Shown piece by piece: positions 1 through 8,918 of a stretch of 64,000 nucleotides of DNA. This stretch comes from an uncultured Acidobacteriota bacterium. GTDB lineage: Bacteria > Acidobacteriota > Vicinamibacteria > Vicinamibacterales > 2-12-FULL-66-21. The position numbers and the translations under genes were made by a program. Below the pieces are notes generated by a model. It ran no database searches, was not told where the DNA came from, and was given only the letters and a program-made list of their open reading frames with translations. The stretch's first letter is position 1; the number at the start of each line of letters is the position of its first letter. Location: NCBI GenBank assembly GCA_963817635.1, contig CAWFPR010000027.1:26274-90273 (forward strand). Reading direction: 5' to 3'.

Positions 1-42
1 CGCGCGCTAATGCCACGCACATCAGCACGGCGCCCGCGCGTC

Positions 43-1242
43 TCAAGGCCTTACCTCGTCGTGCAGGCGCTTTAGCAGTTCATCGAAGGACTGTAGCTGC
101 GTCAGCAGATAGGACGACCACGGATCAACTGGCCGCTTGGGAAGGTCGAGCGAGACGCTCGCCTGGACGACGGCTATTGCCTCCTCGGTTCGGCCGGCGT
201 CCATCAACACCTTCGCAAGTGCCACGCGAGCGGCTTGTGCCGAAGGGTACTGCGCGATGGCGGCCCTCAGACAAGCTTCGGCTTCCCCTGGCCGCCCGTG
301 ACGACTGTGGATATCTGCCAGAAATAGGTTGGCGAGGTAGGTTACGTTCGGGGGAGCGCCGCCTGCCAGAATCGAACCATACACTTGCGCCGACTCGTCA
401 TCGCGCCCGGGAGAACGGACGTGCGCGAGGCGCAGTCTGGCTTCAGTCGATCCCGGGTCGACCGTCACCGCGAGCCGATAGAATTTCTCCGCCGTTCTCA
501 AGTCGTCGCGTTGCGCGCGTATCCCGGTTGGCACCTCGAACGGATGATCTACCGCAACTCTGGATCTACTCTGTGCGACCGCACCGCGCTCCAACATGAG
601 CGCAGCGTCCTTCGGATAGAGGCTCAAGCCGCTGTCTAGAATTGTCTCTGCCGATGACAGGTCCGCATTCGCGTGCAGAAACATACCGGTCGCCAGAAAC
701 CAGGATCGGAGGAAAGGCGTCGGCGCGGGATGCTTAACCGCCAGAGCATTGATCAGATGCAGCGCGAGTTCAAGGTGGCGACTCTCCCTGGCACTGTCGT
801 TCGTCGCCAGAGCAAAGGCGCAGTCCGTGTGGAGCATGATCGCCGCGAACAGATCCGCTGGCCGCGCACTGGCGTGTCGCGGCGGGTTATCAGCCCCACC
901 GCGAAGCCAGTAGCGTTCCTGCGCCTCAATGTCGTCGAGCGACGCGTTCGCCAGCCGCGCGACAGCATCGGTCCTTTGGACTGAGCGATATTGCGCCAGA
1001 ATATCTTGATAGGGGACGCTCTGGTACGACTGGGCAGCCACGTGAACGGCTATCGCAATCAGCCAGATGCGCGCGGCCACCGTGACACCGATCGAGAGCG
1101 CAGAGGATTGGCGACGCGGCGTTCGCCGCACGATCCCAAGCACGGATGCACGCCTAGCCTCGACCATGCGCTCCACTTGGTGGACTTCTTCGCCCTCACG
1201 CAACGTGGCAGAAAGCTGAGAATTATACCCGAAGTCGCGCAT
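43..1242 (-). CDS. TPR-like repeat protein with one N-terminal TM segment
   Basis: 399-aa ORF; hydrophobic segment ALSIGVTVAARIWLIAIAVHVAA; Ala/Leu-rich helical-repeat composition (TPR-like); may be co-transcribed downstream of the Cys-rich gene. Confidence 0.5.
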   Translation of the reverse strand: MRDFGYNSQLSATLREGEEVHQVERMVEARRASVLGIVRRTPRRQSSALSIGVTVAARIWLIAIAVHVAAQSYQSVPYQDILAQYRSVQRTDAVARLANASLDDIEAQERYWLRGGADNPPRHASARPADLFAAIMLHTDCAFALATNDSARESRHLELALHLINALAVKHPAPTPFLRSWFLATGMFLHANADLSSAETILDSGLSLYPKDAALMLERGAVAQSRSRVAVDHPFEVPTGIRAQRDDLRTAEKFYRLAVTVDPGSTEARLRLAHVRSPGRDDESAQVYGSILAGGAPPNVTYLANLFLADIHSRHGRPGEAEACLRAAIAQYPSAQAARVALAKVLMDAGRTEEAIAVVQASVSLDLPKRPVDPWSSYLLTQLQSFDELLKRLHDEVRP

Positions 1243-1370
1243 TCCGCAGCTTCGGTCTCAATCATCGCTGCGCGCGTGACGGGTGAAGGCGGCTCGTCGA
1301 CCGGCCGCCCATCAGTTCAGAGAACCGCCCGCGCTTCCGCAAACCTGCTTGGCATGCCTACCATGGACAA

Positions 1371-1757
1371 TCAAAACGGACAAATGCCGGAACCGAACGT
1401 TGCCCAGTTCAATATGTGATAGGTCGTGTAGGACGGATACTGCGTGCCGTGGTCCGCGTCCCAAGAATAGCACGGTCCAGCGGGCGTTATCTCGCAGTCT
1501 CGGCAGCTCGTGAAGCAGTCATATACTTCTGGGTCTGAGTCGCACTCTGAGTAACAGCCCGACAGCGCATCATCAACCGCGTAGTTGTGAGTCTGCGCGT
1601 CGCATGCGGCCTTGCACCCCGCCTCCGCGGCGTTGCACTCTTGACAGCAACGATACGCGCCCGCCTGCAACACGACGCCGCCGCTGCTCACGGCGATGAA
1701 TCCGAACGTCATCGAGGCCATGAGGATTCCCAACAATCGAAGCGCTCTTCTGGTCAT
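1371..1757 (-). CDS. small secreted cysteine-rich protein (12 Cys in ~100 mature residues)
   Basis: N-terminal signal peptide MTRRALRLLGILMASMTFGFIAVSS; paired Cys motifs RCCQEC, GCKAAC, GCYSEC, DCFTSC; 28 nt downstream of the TlpA-like gene on the same strand. Confidence 0.55.
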   Translation of the reverse strand: MTRRALRLLGILMASMTFGFIAVSSGGVVLQAGAYRCCQECNAAEAGCKAACDAQTHNYAVDDALSGCYSECDSDPEVYDCFTSCRDCEITPAGPCYSWDADHGTQYPSYTTYHILNWATFGSGICPF

Positions 1758-1785
1758 GACATCGTCCTCCCTCTACTAAACAGTG

Positions 1786-2430
1786 TTAATGAGGTCCCTC
1801 GAGTTCTGTACGGAGAGGCACGGTCACCAGACCTGGAAGGTGGACGTTAAAGAAGTTCTCAACGTCGGCTGCGGTCTTGCTGGCAAACGCGCCGGACCAG
1901 GACTTAACGATCTTGCCATCCGCCGATATGACGAACGTGTGAGGCGTCGCACTAAGGCCATACTGTCTGGTGGTCTGAAGAGACGGGTGAACATACACGT
2001 CGAAGCCAAGATTCATATTCTGAAATGCTTCCGGCGCCGCATCACCTAGCGACACTGCCACAAAGCGATGCGACTCCTTCATAGCCGCAGCCACTGTTCT
2101 GATATTGGCGACGTTTCTCTGGCACCAAACGCAGGAGGGACTAATGATGTAGAGGACCGTTGGTCTGCGTTGGTCGGTGGTCGAAATCGTCGTCTCATTG
2201 CCGTCCAGCGTCTTGACGCTGAGCGCCGGAGCGTCGGCCCCGATGGCGACCAACTCAGGCCTCCCCCTCGAGGGAGCCGGTCTGATTGCGGACTGAGCCA
2301 GGAAGACGTTCGCGCTCAACGACATGCACAGCAGCACTGACAGCACAGCGTCGGGTTTTGAGGCTTTGTCCGTTGACGCATCGGCCAGGGCCGTGAAAGC
2401 AAAGCGTCTGACTCTCGACGTGATCGCCAT
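1786..2430 (-). CDS. TlpA/ResA-like periplasmic thiol:disulfide oxidoreductase (thioredoxin fold)
   Basis: CxxC active site (SCVWCQRN) in a thioredoxin-like context; N-terminal hydrophobic anchor; start moved from 2541 to an internal Met at 2430, which is preceded by GGAGGTGAAG. Confidence 0.75.
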   Translation of the reverse strand: MAITSRVRRFAFTALADASTDKASKPDAVLSVLLCMSLSANVFLAQSAIRPAPSRGRPELVAIGADAPALSVKTLDGNETTISTTDQRRPTVLYIISPSCVWCQRNVANIRTVAAAMKESHRFVAVSLGDAAPEAFQNMNLGFDVYVHPSLQTTRQYGLSATPHTFVISADGKIVKSWSGAFASKTAADVENFFNVHLPGLVTVPLRTELEGPH

Positions 2431-2797
2431 CTTCACCTCCCTTCTGGTAGCTTTTCCCAAGGCACTGGCTGATTCCGCCGCCGATCTCCGATAACTGGTT
2501 TGATGGTGGAAGCAGCGGAGGTGATCGTGGTCACAAATCACCCGGCCCGCAAGCTCTGATCCTTACCAGTACCTGAGACACTCGTCGGTCGCTACTGGCA
2601 CAAGGCCGTGGCCTGCTTTGTGGGACATCAATCTTCATTCGCGATCAGCCACTTGAAGCCGTCGCACATCAGACGAAGCCGTCCAGCCAAAGGTGCGCTG
2701 CATCATAACCCCGCCTGTCCGATCCATTCCATCGACCAGCTCCGTATCCTGTATTCCGAGTCGATGACCGGATTTCGACCTCAGCCGTGAAATATAA

Positions 2798-3360
2798 TTA
2801 CGCTCGACCAGAAAGCGGCCTGAAGTAGCGTGAGAGACGCTTCAGCAGTCGATCCTTGAAGCGCTTGATTTCCCGCCGCCGGTCCTGAGGAGGCAGATGC
2901 GCGACGCCAAGCGCCTCGGCGATCGCGTCGTCGCCGGCCGCGTCGAGCCATCGGTCCATCGCTCGACGCTCTCTCGAGTCGATGACGACGGCCGACAGCA
3001 GCAGCCCACAGACATATGTCGGACCTGCCGGTTGGGATCTGAGGGGGGAGTACTGCGGCTTGCTCAGTGGCGTATCGCCTCTCGCGGCCCTTCCGCGCGG
3101 ACTCGCGCGCGCATGCGGTCCGCGAGATTCCGCCGGGCGATCAGGTATACGTAATCGATCAGGGAACTGCGCGACGCGTCGAACCGCGCCGGGTTCGCCC
3201 CGTACTCCAGGCAGGCGTCCGTCGCTGCGTCGACGGTGAAGTCTGACGGGGCGCGGGGAAACGCGCGCGCGAGCCGTTGGGGAAGCGCCTTCAGGAAGAC
3301 GAGATCGAGGCAATCGAGCGCACCCGGGTGCCCCGCCAGAACGCGTGCGTGCAATCGCAA
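2798..3360 (-). pseudogene. ECF-type sigma-70 family gene, frameshifted
   Basis: sigma-70 region-2-like segment (FDASRSSLIDYVYLIARRNLADRMRAR) in ORF 3064..3360; C-terminal HTH-like segment (DDAIAEALGV...RRREIKRFKDRLLKRL) in the overlapping ORF 2798..3313, a different frame; total length ~187 aa matches an ECF sigma. Confidence 0.4.
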
Positions 3361-3758
3361 AGGATCGTCGGCGGGGACGGCGGGGTCGTCAGGCTCTCCG
3401 CGAGCGCGAGCATGTCGTCGAGGGTCAGCGGCTGGTCCGCGTAGGCCATCGCGCCAAGCGCGATCGCCTAATCTGGGTCGAACTCGATGCGAAACGCCGT
3501 CATCACGGCGGTCGGCACGACGATGGCCTGCGCGCGCATCCAGCGCAGCACGTCATAGCCCGTCATGTCGCCCAGTTTCAAATCGAGAATCAGACCGTGC
3601 GGCCTGATGCCGCTCGAAAGCGCCGCCATAGCCGCGTTTCCGGAAGCCGCGAGGTTCACGCCGTACCCGGCGTGCCGCAGAGCGGCATCATAAACTTCTC
3701 GCGTCCCCTGGTCATCATCGACGACAAGCACTCGCCTCACTTCGCCCTCCCGGGGCAC
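3361..3758 (-). pseudogene. response-regulator receiver domain interrupted by an in-frame TAG
   Basis: VLVVDDDQGTREV...GLILDLKLGDMTGYDVL...VVPTAVMTAF receiver motifs; amber codon at 3469-3471; the same frame continues with AIALGAMAYADQPLTLDDMLALAESL, i.e. the ...GADDYL.KPF..EL.. helix-5 region with Lys replaced by Gln. Confidence 0.55.
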
Positions 3759-4059
3759 GGGAACATCCCGCCGGGCGCTCGGACAGCCCGCGGAGCGAGC
3801 CCCTACACTGTAAACGTCGGCAACGGCCCGGAACCGAACAGGCGCAGCGGAGAGAAGAGCGTGTGGTCCTCGTCGGTGCCGCCCTGGTGGCGGCTGGCCA
3901 CGAACTCAAACGCGACGTGCCAGACCTCGATCCCAAGCGAGACGTTCTGGCGCTTCACCTGTGAATTCTTTCCCGACGAAGGACGCGTAGAGGCTTTCGT
4001 AGAGCTCCTGACATCGGTCCGGTGCAGTTCGACGTCGCCGCGGATAGTGGCGGCGTTCA

Positions 4060-4290
4060 GTGACTGGGAGCAAACTGCCGGCGCGCTTCGACGATCCCGA
4101 AAGCATCCATCAGCCGCCGCTAGTCGTCAGTGGCATTCAGGACGAGATGATTCCGATCTCGAACTCATGTCAGCTCTCCGAGAACCTGCCTAGCGCAGTA
4201 CTCTTTTGCGGACCAGGGTGCTGCACACGATCGCGCTTCCAGTTTCACAAAATTTTTTACCCGGCGGGCGGCGGCATTTCTGCCGGCGAC
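4060..4290 (+). pseudogene. possible C-terminal remnant of an alpha/beta-hydrolase
   Basis: PPLVVSGIQDEMIPISNSCQLSENLPSAVLFCGPGC resembles the P.LvihGe.D.miP......L....P.a.lvvlpgcGH end of alpha/beta hydrolases; no intact upstream body; lies in an ORF-poor segment. Confidence 0.25.
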
Positions 4291-5281
4291 ATCGCCGTTC
4301 GCACCCTTACTGAATAGCGTTGCGGCAGGACAGGTAACGTGTCGACGCGCTCGTTCGCCCGTCTGTCCTGGAGCCTTGATGTCGCCGGGAGCTCCGGCAG
4401 ACAGACCAGCCACGCGCCTGGATTGGTGCTGACGGGTACTGAGGAACAATCGGTAAGTGAGCAACGAGATTGTGATAGGCCTGTGATATGTCAGAGCCGA
4501 AACACTGAAGTACGTCGAGGTTTACTGATGCACACCGAGTGATAGTCCTGGAAGGTTAAGTCGCTGATCGCGTGTGCGTTAACGCGCCTCGGAGTGGCTT
4601 GGTGTTGCTGGCCCGCTCGGCTTTCCAAGCGTGCTCCCTCAAACCCGCAAAAGGACCCTGCTTGACCCGGCGACCTCATCCGCGTCAATGACGGACGGTT
4701 CCCTCGGACACAATCCGAACCTACGGACGTACCTGCGGATGACCGCGCTTAACTTAAGCAGGTAGGTACTCCGCGTAATAATTTACGCGATATGCGCAAG
4801 TCCGCCGCGCTCGCCGCTCTGTTTCCCACGATTCGGGGCGATGTGCTAGTCGCCACGCGGACGCAGCCGGAGAAGTGGTGGTATCTCTCGGAACTGGCGG
4901 CGTTTCTTCACACGACGCCGTCAAGCCTGCAACGGGAAATGGCGGCTACCATGGCTTGGATCGCGACGCCAGTCCTGATTCAAGCGGTGGTGTAACAGCC
5001 GGGTAACAGCTGCGACGCCATCTCACGCCTCGATGCGTACCGGTACCCCAGCCTGTGCTGCGGCTCGTTTGTAGACGACACTGACTCGCACGACCTTCCC
5101 CGCGAGACCGCACCAGTTTGAAAGCATAGGATTGCAGCGTCGATGTCCGCCGTCGCTCCGGCAATTGCCGACCCAAGGGAGCGCGCCGGGTGGGTCAAGA
5201 CCGCGCAGCGCCGGAGGGGAGTCTTGACGCGCCCCAAGCGCTCCCAGAAAATTAGCGGCCGGAGCGACGGGATCGTCCCTG

Positions 5282-5782
5282 TTACTCGCCCTTGAAAACC
5301 GCGCGCGTCAGCGCGATCGGACTCGCACCGTCCAACGGCAAGATCGGCGTCCGCGCGAGAAATCGCATCAGCTCCTCAGGCGACTCGGGTTCGGCCCGGT
5401 TGGCGTTGACTTGCTGCGCCATGAAAGCAAAGTCGTTCATGGTCCCGAGCAGGCTGCGGTTGCGCGTCCGGCCGAAGGCCACTTCTGACATCCGCGTGCG
5501 TTCATTGGCGATGGCCGCGGCGGCGACGCCGACGATGGACAGCCTCTCGCACACGGCGTCCGGAAACACCGTGCTCAAGCGCTTCGAGTCGGTGATCGGA
5601 AGGACGACCGAAAGTCGAGACCGCTCGCTGATGAATAGCAGGTGCTGACGTCGGCCGATCCGGAGGATGTTGCCGTACCAGTCGCCGAGCCGCGTCGTGG
5701 ACTCGACGGCGGGCAGGTTGGCGGCCTGTTTCAGGCGGACGAGCAGCTTCTGTGTGCACCGGAGTACGAGCATCGGTGGCAC
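5282..5782 (-). CDS. conserved hypothetical protein
   Basis: 166-aa ORF with non-repetitive composition (GDWYGNILRIGRRQHLLFISE...); no recognisable motif. Confidence 0.4.
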   Translation of the reverse strand: MPPMLVLRCTQKLLVRLKQAANLPAVESTTRLGDWYGNILRIGRRQHLLFISERSRLSVVLPITDSKRLSTVFPDAVCERLSIVGVAAAAIANERTRMSEVAFGRTRNRSLLGTMNDFAFMAQQVNANRAEPESPEELMRFLARTPILPLDGASPIALTRAVFKGE

Positions 5783-6230
5783 CTACGTTACGACATCGTG
5801 CGCGCGGGCGATCATCACGACGTTGCGCGCCGGGTACCGGACCAGATCTCGGGTGCGCAATCGAGTGAGAAGCCGGCCACAATCTCGGCGCGCGTCCGGG
5901 CCGCTGCCTGCAGACAACCAACGGCTGACAGACGGGCGTGAGCGACCCCGCCCGCAGGGGGCCGAATAGAGCCAGACCGGGGTCGCTCACGCCCTCACCC
6001 GCCCTCACCCACTCCTTCTTTCTTCTCTTGTGTGCGGCCCGGCCTGCACAACGCGGCGGCCTCTCTGGTGCCGACATCGCGCAATTGCTCGCTGTTCTGG
6101 CCGTTGTTGCGCCGCTGCCAAGCCATTTGGCGCGTCTGCATCGACGTCGTGGTGTGGTGGCCATCATCTGGAATTGGGGGCTGATGACGCGAAGCGCTGT
6201 CGGCTCCCCGTTCGGCTCCCCCGTTGGTCC

Positions 6231-7046
6231 TCAGTGGTCCTCACCCTTCCACGCATCGCCGGGCAGAAGGGTGACCAGAGGCTGTGAAATGAGTGCCTCT
6301 GCGGCGATTGGATCCCACGCTTCGCCGGTCGCGAGAAGTGGGCTGAGGTCGGCCAGGAACGCCCCGTCGCGCATCTTCAATGCGAGGTTCTGTTCGACCT
6401 GCGCGCGGGTGATCGGGTGGCCGTCGCGGACCATGTATTCGAGGAACGCCGAGACGATGCGCTGAGGGTTCACTGGCAGGCGCGTGAGGGCGATCCCGAG
6501 GTCGAACAGGTCCCGCACCTGCTTGCGCTGGTAGAGCGCGCGGAGCTGGTGCCGAGCAGTTCATCGAGCGCGTAGGTCTGGACATCGCACGCGCCCTCGA
6601 ACCACCTCGAGGCGACCTTGAACGGAGCCTTCCGGAGGCCGTAGAGCGCGAAGTGCTCGCGGGTGTTGGTCTCGACCTTGAGGCGCATCGGCACGGGCGA
6701 CGCGCCCTCCGCCGTGTAGCGGAAATAGAACGTGATCCGCCCCTCGCCCTGCTTCCACGTCGGCTTGCCGAGCCAGGCTCCAGCACGGCCCTCAACGCGT
6801 TCATCATCGGCCCGGCAGGTTGGGCCGCCGTCTGCACGAGATCGATGTCTTCCGAGTACCGCGCGGGCGGGCGGAGCTGCAGCTTGGAGAGCGCCGTGCC
6901 GCCTCGCAGAGCCAGTGAATCGGCAGCGCCGGATGCCTGAAGATCTCCACCAGCGCACGACTAATCACCAGGTCCTGCTCGACCTGTGCATCGTCAATCC
7001 AGGGCGCCTCGGTACGCCACTCGGTGATGTAGTCGAACGGGATCAC
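6231..7046 (-). pseudogene. abiEii: AbiEii/DUF1814 nucleotidyltransferase toxin (type IV TA), at least 3 frameshifts
   Basis: N-terminal QVEQDLVISRALVEIFRHPALP in frame A; middle WLGKPTWKQGEGRITFYFRY...MRLKVETNTREHF in frame B; signature EKLRALYQRKQVRDLFDLGIAL obtained only by shifting frame near 6545; ATGA overlap with the upstream AbiEi gene. Confidence 0.7.
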
Positions 7047-7846
7047 AGGTCGGGCTCCACGCTCGCGTTGACGATGATCTTCCAGCCCTTGTCACGGGTC
7101 CCAGAGTTGCTCCTGGCGCCTGCCAGGAGGACCGCGGACTTGTGCGCGTGGGCCTGAACCCAGGCCTTGAGCGAGGCGGCTTTCTCGGCCGCATCGACGC
7201 GCTCCAACAGGTAGCCAAGACGCTGCGACCAGGCCGGCGGCGCAGTGTCGGCGACGGCCACCAGCTTGTCTGCGTCGAGCCGTTCCGCAAGCTCGCCGAG
7301 CACAGTGGCGACCTGGTTCAATCCACCGGCTCGATGAGGGTAGCCGACGAGGTCCAGGGCGGTCGCCTCGGGGGTGGAGATAATGAGGCTTCCGCGCGGA
7401 GTGTTGACGCTCTCGACCGGTATATCGCGGAGTCGCTTGCGAACGATGAAGGCGACGCGCACACGGCTGCAGGATAGCGGTCGACGAGCCCGCTCGAGGC
7501 AGACTTGGAACTCCTGAGGGCGCTGGTGCGCGGCGCCGTGGTACTGCGCGGCGGTGAGCACGCCGGCGTAATAAGGAAGGCTCAGGCGCTCCATCAGCGA
7601 GGGGATGAACTGCTCGGCGGGAAGGCAGCCAAGGGCGTGATATTCGGGCGGCACGACGACGTAGTAGCCGCGTGCCGGCGAGGAGACGAGCCCCTGCTGG
7701 GACAGTCGGTGGAGGGCCACCTTGGCCGCCTCCGCGGACACGCCGAGAGCGTCCCGGGCGTCGGCGGAATTGAAGAAGTATCGTCCCGACCGGGCAAGGC
7801 CCTCGACGTATTGCCGAGCATTCCCGGCTAATCTTTCCATATGCAT
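7043..7846 (-). CDS. abiEi: AbiEi-family antitoxin/transcriptional regulator (wHTH plus C-terminal domain)
   Basis: 268 aa starting MHMERLAGNARQYVEGLARSGRYFFNSADARDALGVSAEAAKVALHRLSQQGLV (AbiEi_4-like wHTH); shares a 4-nt stop/start overlap with the toxin; palindromes immediately upstream. Confidence 0.8.
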   Translation of the reverse strand: MHMERLAGNARQYVEGLARSGRYFFNSADARDALGVSAEAAKVALHRLSQQGLVSSPARGYYVVVPPEYHALGCLPAEQFIPSLMERLSLPYYAGVLTAAQYHGAAHQRPQEFQVCLERARRPLSCSRVRVAFIVRKRLRDIPVESVNTPRGSLIISTPEATALDLVGYPHRAGGLNQVATVLGELAERLDADKLVAVADTAPPAWSQRLGYLLERVDAAEKAASLKAWVQAHAHKSAVLLAGARSNSGTRDKGWKIIVNASVEPDL

Positions 7847-7880
7847 AAAGTAACAGTATTCGTTACTTTGCGCAAACGAA
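7847..7880 (-). promoter_or_regulatory. AT-rich inverted repeats upstream of abiEi (candidate autoregulatory operator)
   Basis: AAAGTAAC-n7-GTTACTTT at 7847-7869 and overlapping TTTGCGCAAA at 7867-7876, in a locally AT-rich stretch directly 5' of the AbiEi start. Confidence 0.4.
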
Positions 7881-7928
7881 ATGTCTATGCTCAACAGAAG
7901 GACAACAGACGGACGCAGATGCACACGT

Positions 7929-8918
7929 CTACGCCACCCCCACCAGCGGCGCCAGGTGGCTGTAGGCATGCGGCAACACCAGCGGTTCGATGACGCCAGC
8001 CTCACGGAACAGGGCGTCGCCGACCCGCGCCGCGACGGTCGGGAACATGTCGTCGCCGTGCGCGACCCAGAGCGGGTAGAGCGCGGAAAACCCGAGGCCG
8101 GAGAACCGTCGCAGTCTCGCCCGGTGTGCGCGCTCGTCTTCGTCTGACACCGCGTCCGGGTTGCCGCCGGCTCGCCGGGTTTCGAAGTACCAGCGAAGGT
8201 CGTCGCCGAACTGTCCGTCGAATCGCCAGCGCAGGCCCCGTCGCGCCTCGTCAACAACACGCATCCCGTAGGCGGCCATGTGGGCAGGGATGACGACGCG
8301 GAGCGTCCAGGTCGGCAGAGCGGCGAGGAACGGGAGGTGCCGCTCAAGGAAAGTCCGCAACTCGCGGCTGGCGTCCTGCGTGAGCAGGCAAACCACAATC
8401 CACCGCCCATCGGGATGGATGCCGATCGGCGCCTGGTCCGGAAAGTACCGCACCGGCGCATAGCTCCCCTGCGGCGTCGTCATCTGCGGCAGCGCGTCCG
8501 TCGTGAGGGCCGTGAACGCCGAGACGTGCGTCATCTTCTCCTCGGATGTCGCCAGCCACACGAGGTCCGGCTCCCGCAGGATGACGTCGAGCAGCATGAT
8601 GCGTTCGAGCGCGCGTGGCACGGTCGGCGGGCGCCGCAGGCGTGACTCGGGATCGCCGACGGCCTCATACAGCTCCCGATGGCGCACATGGTAGATGCGC
8701 GCCCGTTTGCGCGCGCAGTCGTAGGTCGAGACCCACCCGAGGCGTTCGAGCTTGGTGAAGAACTTTCGCGTGGTGTGGCCGAAGACGACGCCTGCGAACG
8801 CGGCGTATTGGCGCATGACGCAGACGCCGGAGTGACGCGCGACCAGCACGAGAAAGCGCGCCTGCCGCTCGGTGAATCCGCGCGAGACGATGGTGCCGAC
8901 GGCTTGATCGAGATTCAT
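7929..8918 (-). CDS. hypothetical protein, possible replication-relaxation (Replic_Relax)-like wHTH protein
   Basis: 329 aa; AGGAG 8 nt upstream of the ATG; N-terminal RQARFLVLVARHSGVCVMRQY... wHTH-like segment followed by ALERIMLLDVIL; ATGA overlap with the upstream 383-aa gene. Confidence 0.5.
   Translation of the reverse strand: MNLDQAVGTIVSRGFTERQARFLVLVARHSGVCVMRQYAAFAGVVFGHTTRKFFTKLERLGWVSTYDCARKRARIYHVRHRELYEAVGDPESRLRRPPTVPRALERIMLLDVILREPDLVWLATSEEKMTHVSAFTALTTDALPQMTTPQGSYAPVRYFPDQAPIGIHPDGRWIVVCLLTQDASRELRTFLERHLPFLAALPTWTLRVVIPAHMAAYGMRVVDEARRGLRWRFDGQFGDDLRWYFETRRAGGNPDAVSDEDERAHRARLRRFSGLGFSALYPLWVAHGDDMFPTVAARVGDALFREAGVIEPLVLPHAYSHLAPLVGVA

Noticed and set aside
3345-4193. 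282-aa plus-strand ORF
   Set aside because: Mostly antisense to the receiver and sigma-like genes with Arg-rich junk composition. Only its extreme 3' end (another frame, 4060-4290) resembles a real hydrolase fragment.
4440-4760. Possible RNase P RNA, tmRNA or group II intron domain V in the low-GC segment
   Set aside because: Only weak resemblance (GGAAAGCCGAGCGGGCC against the RNase P P4 region; CGUACG..GGUUCGG against D5). It lacks the other universally conserved elements and no RT ORF is present. It is left as unexplained and kept as a low-interest finding only.
5502-6167. 221-aa minus-strand ORF and overlapping plus ORFs in the 5800-6230 gap
   Set aside because: Arg/Pro-rich low-complexity translations with mutually overlapping frames. 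They were treated as non-coding spacer.
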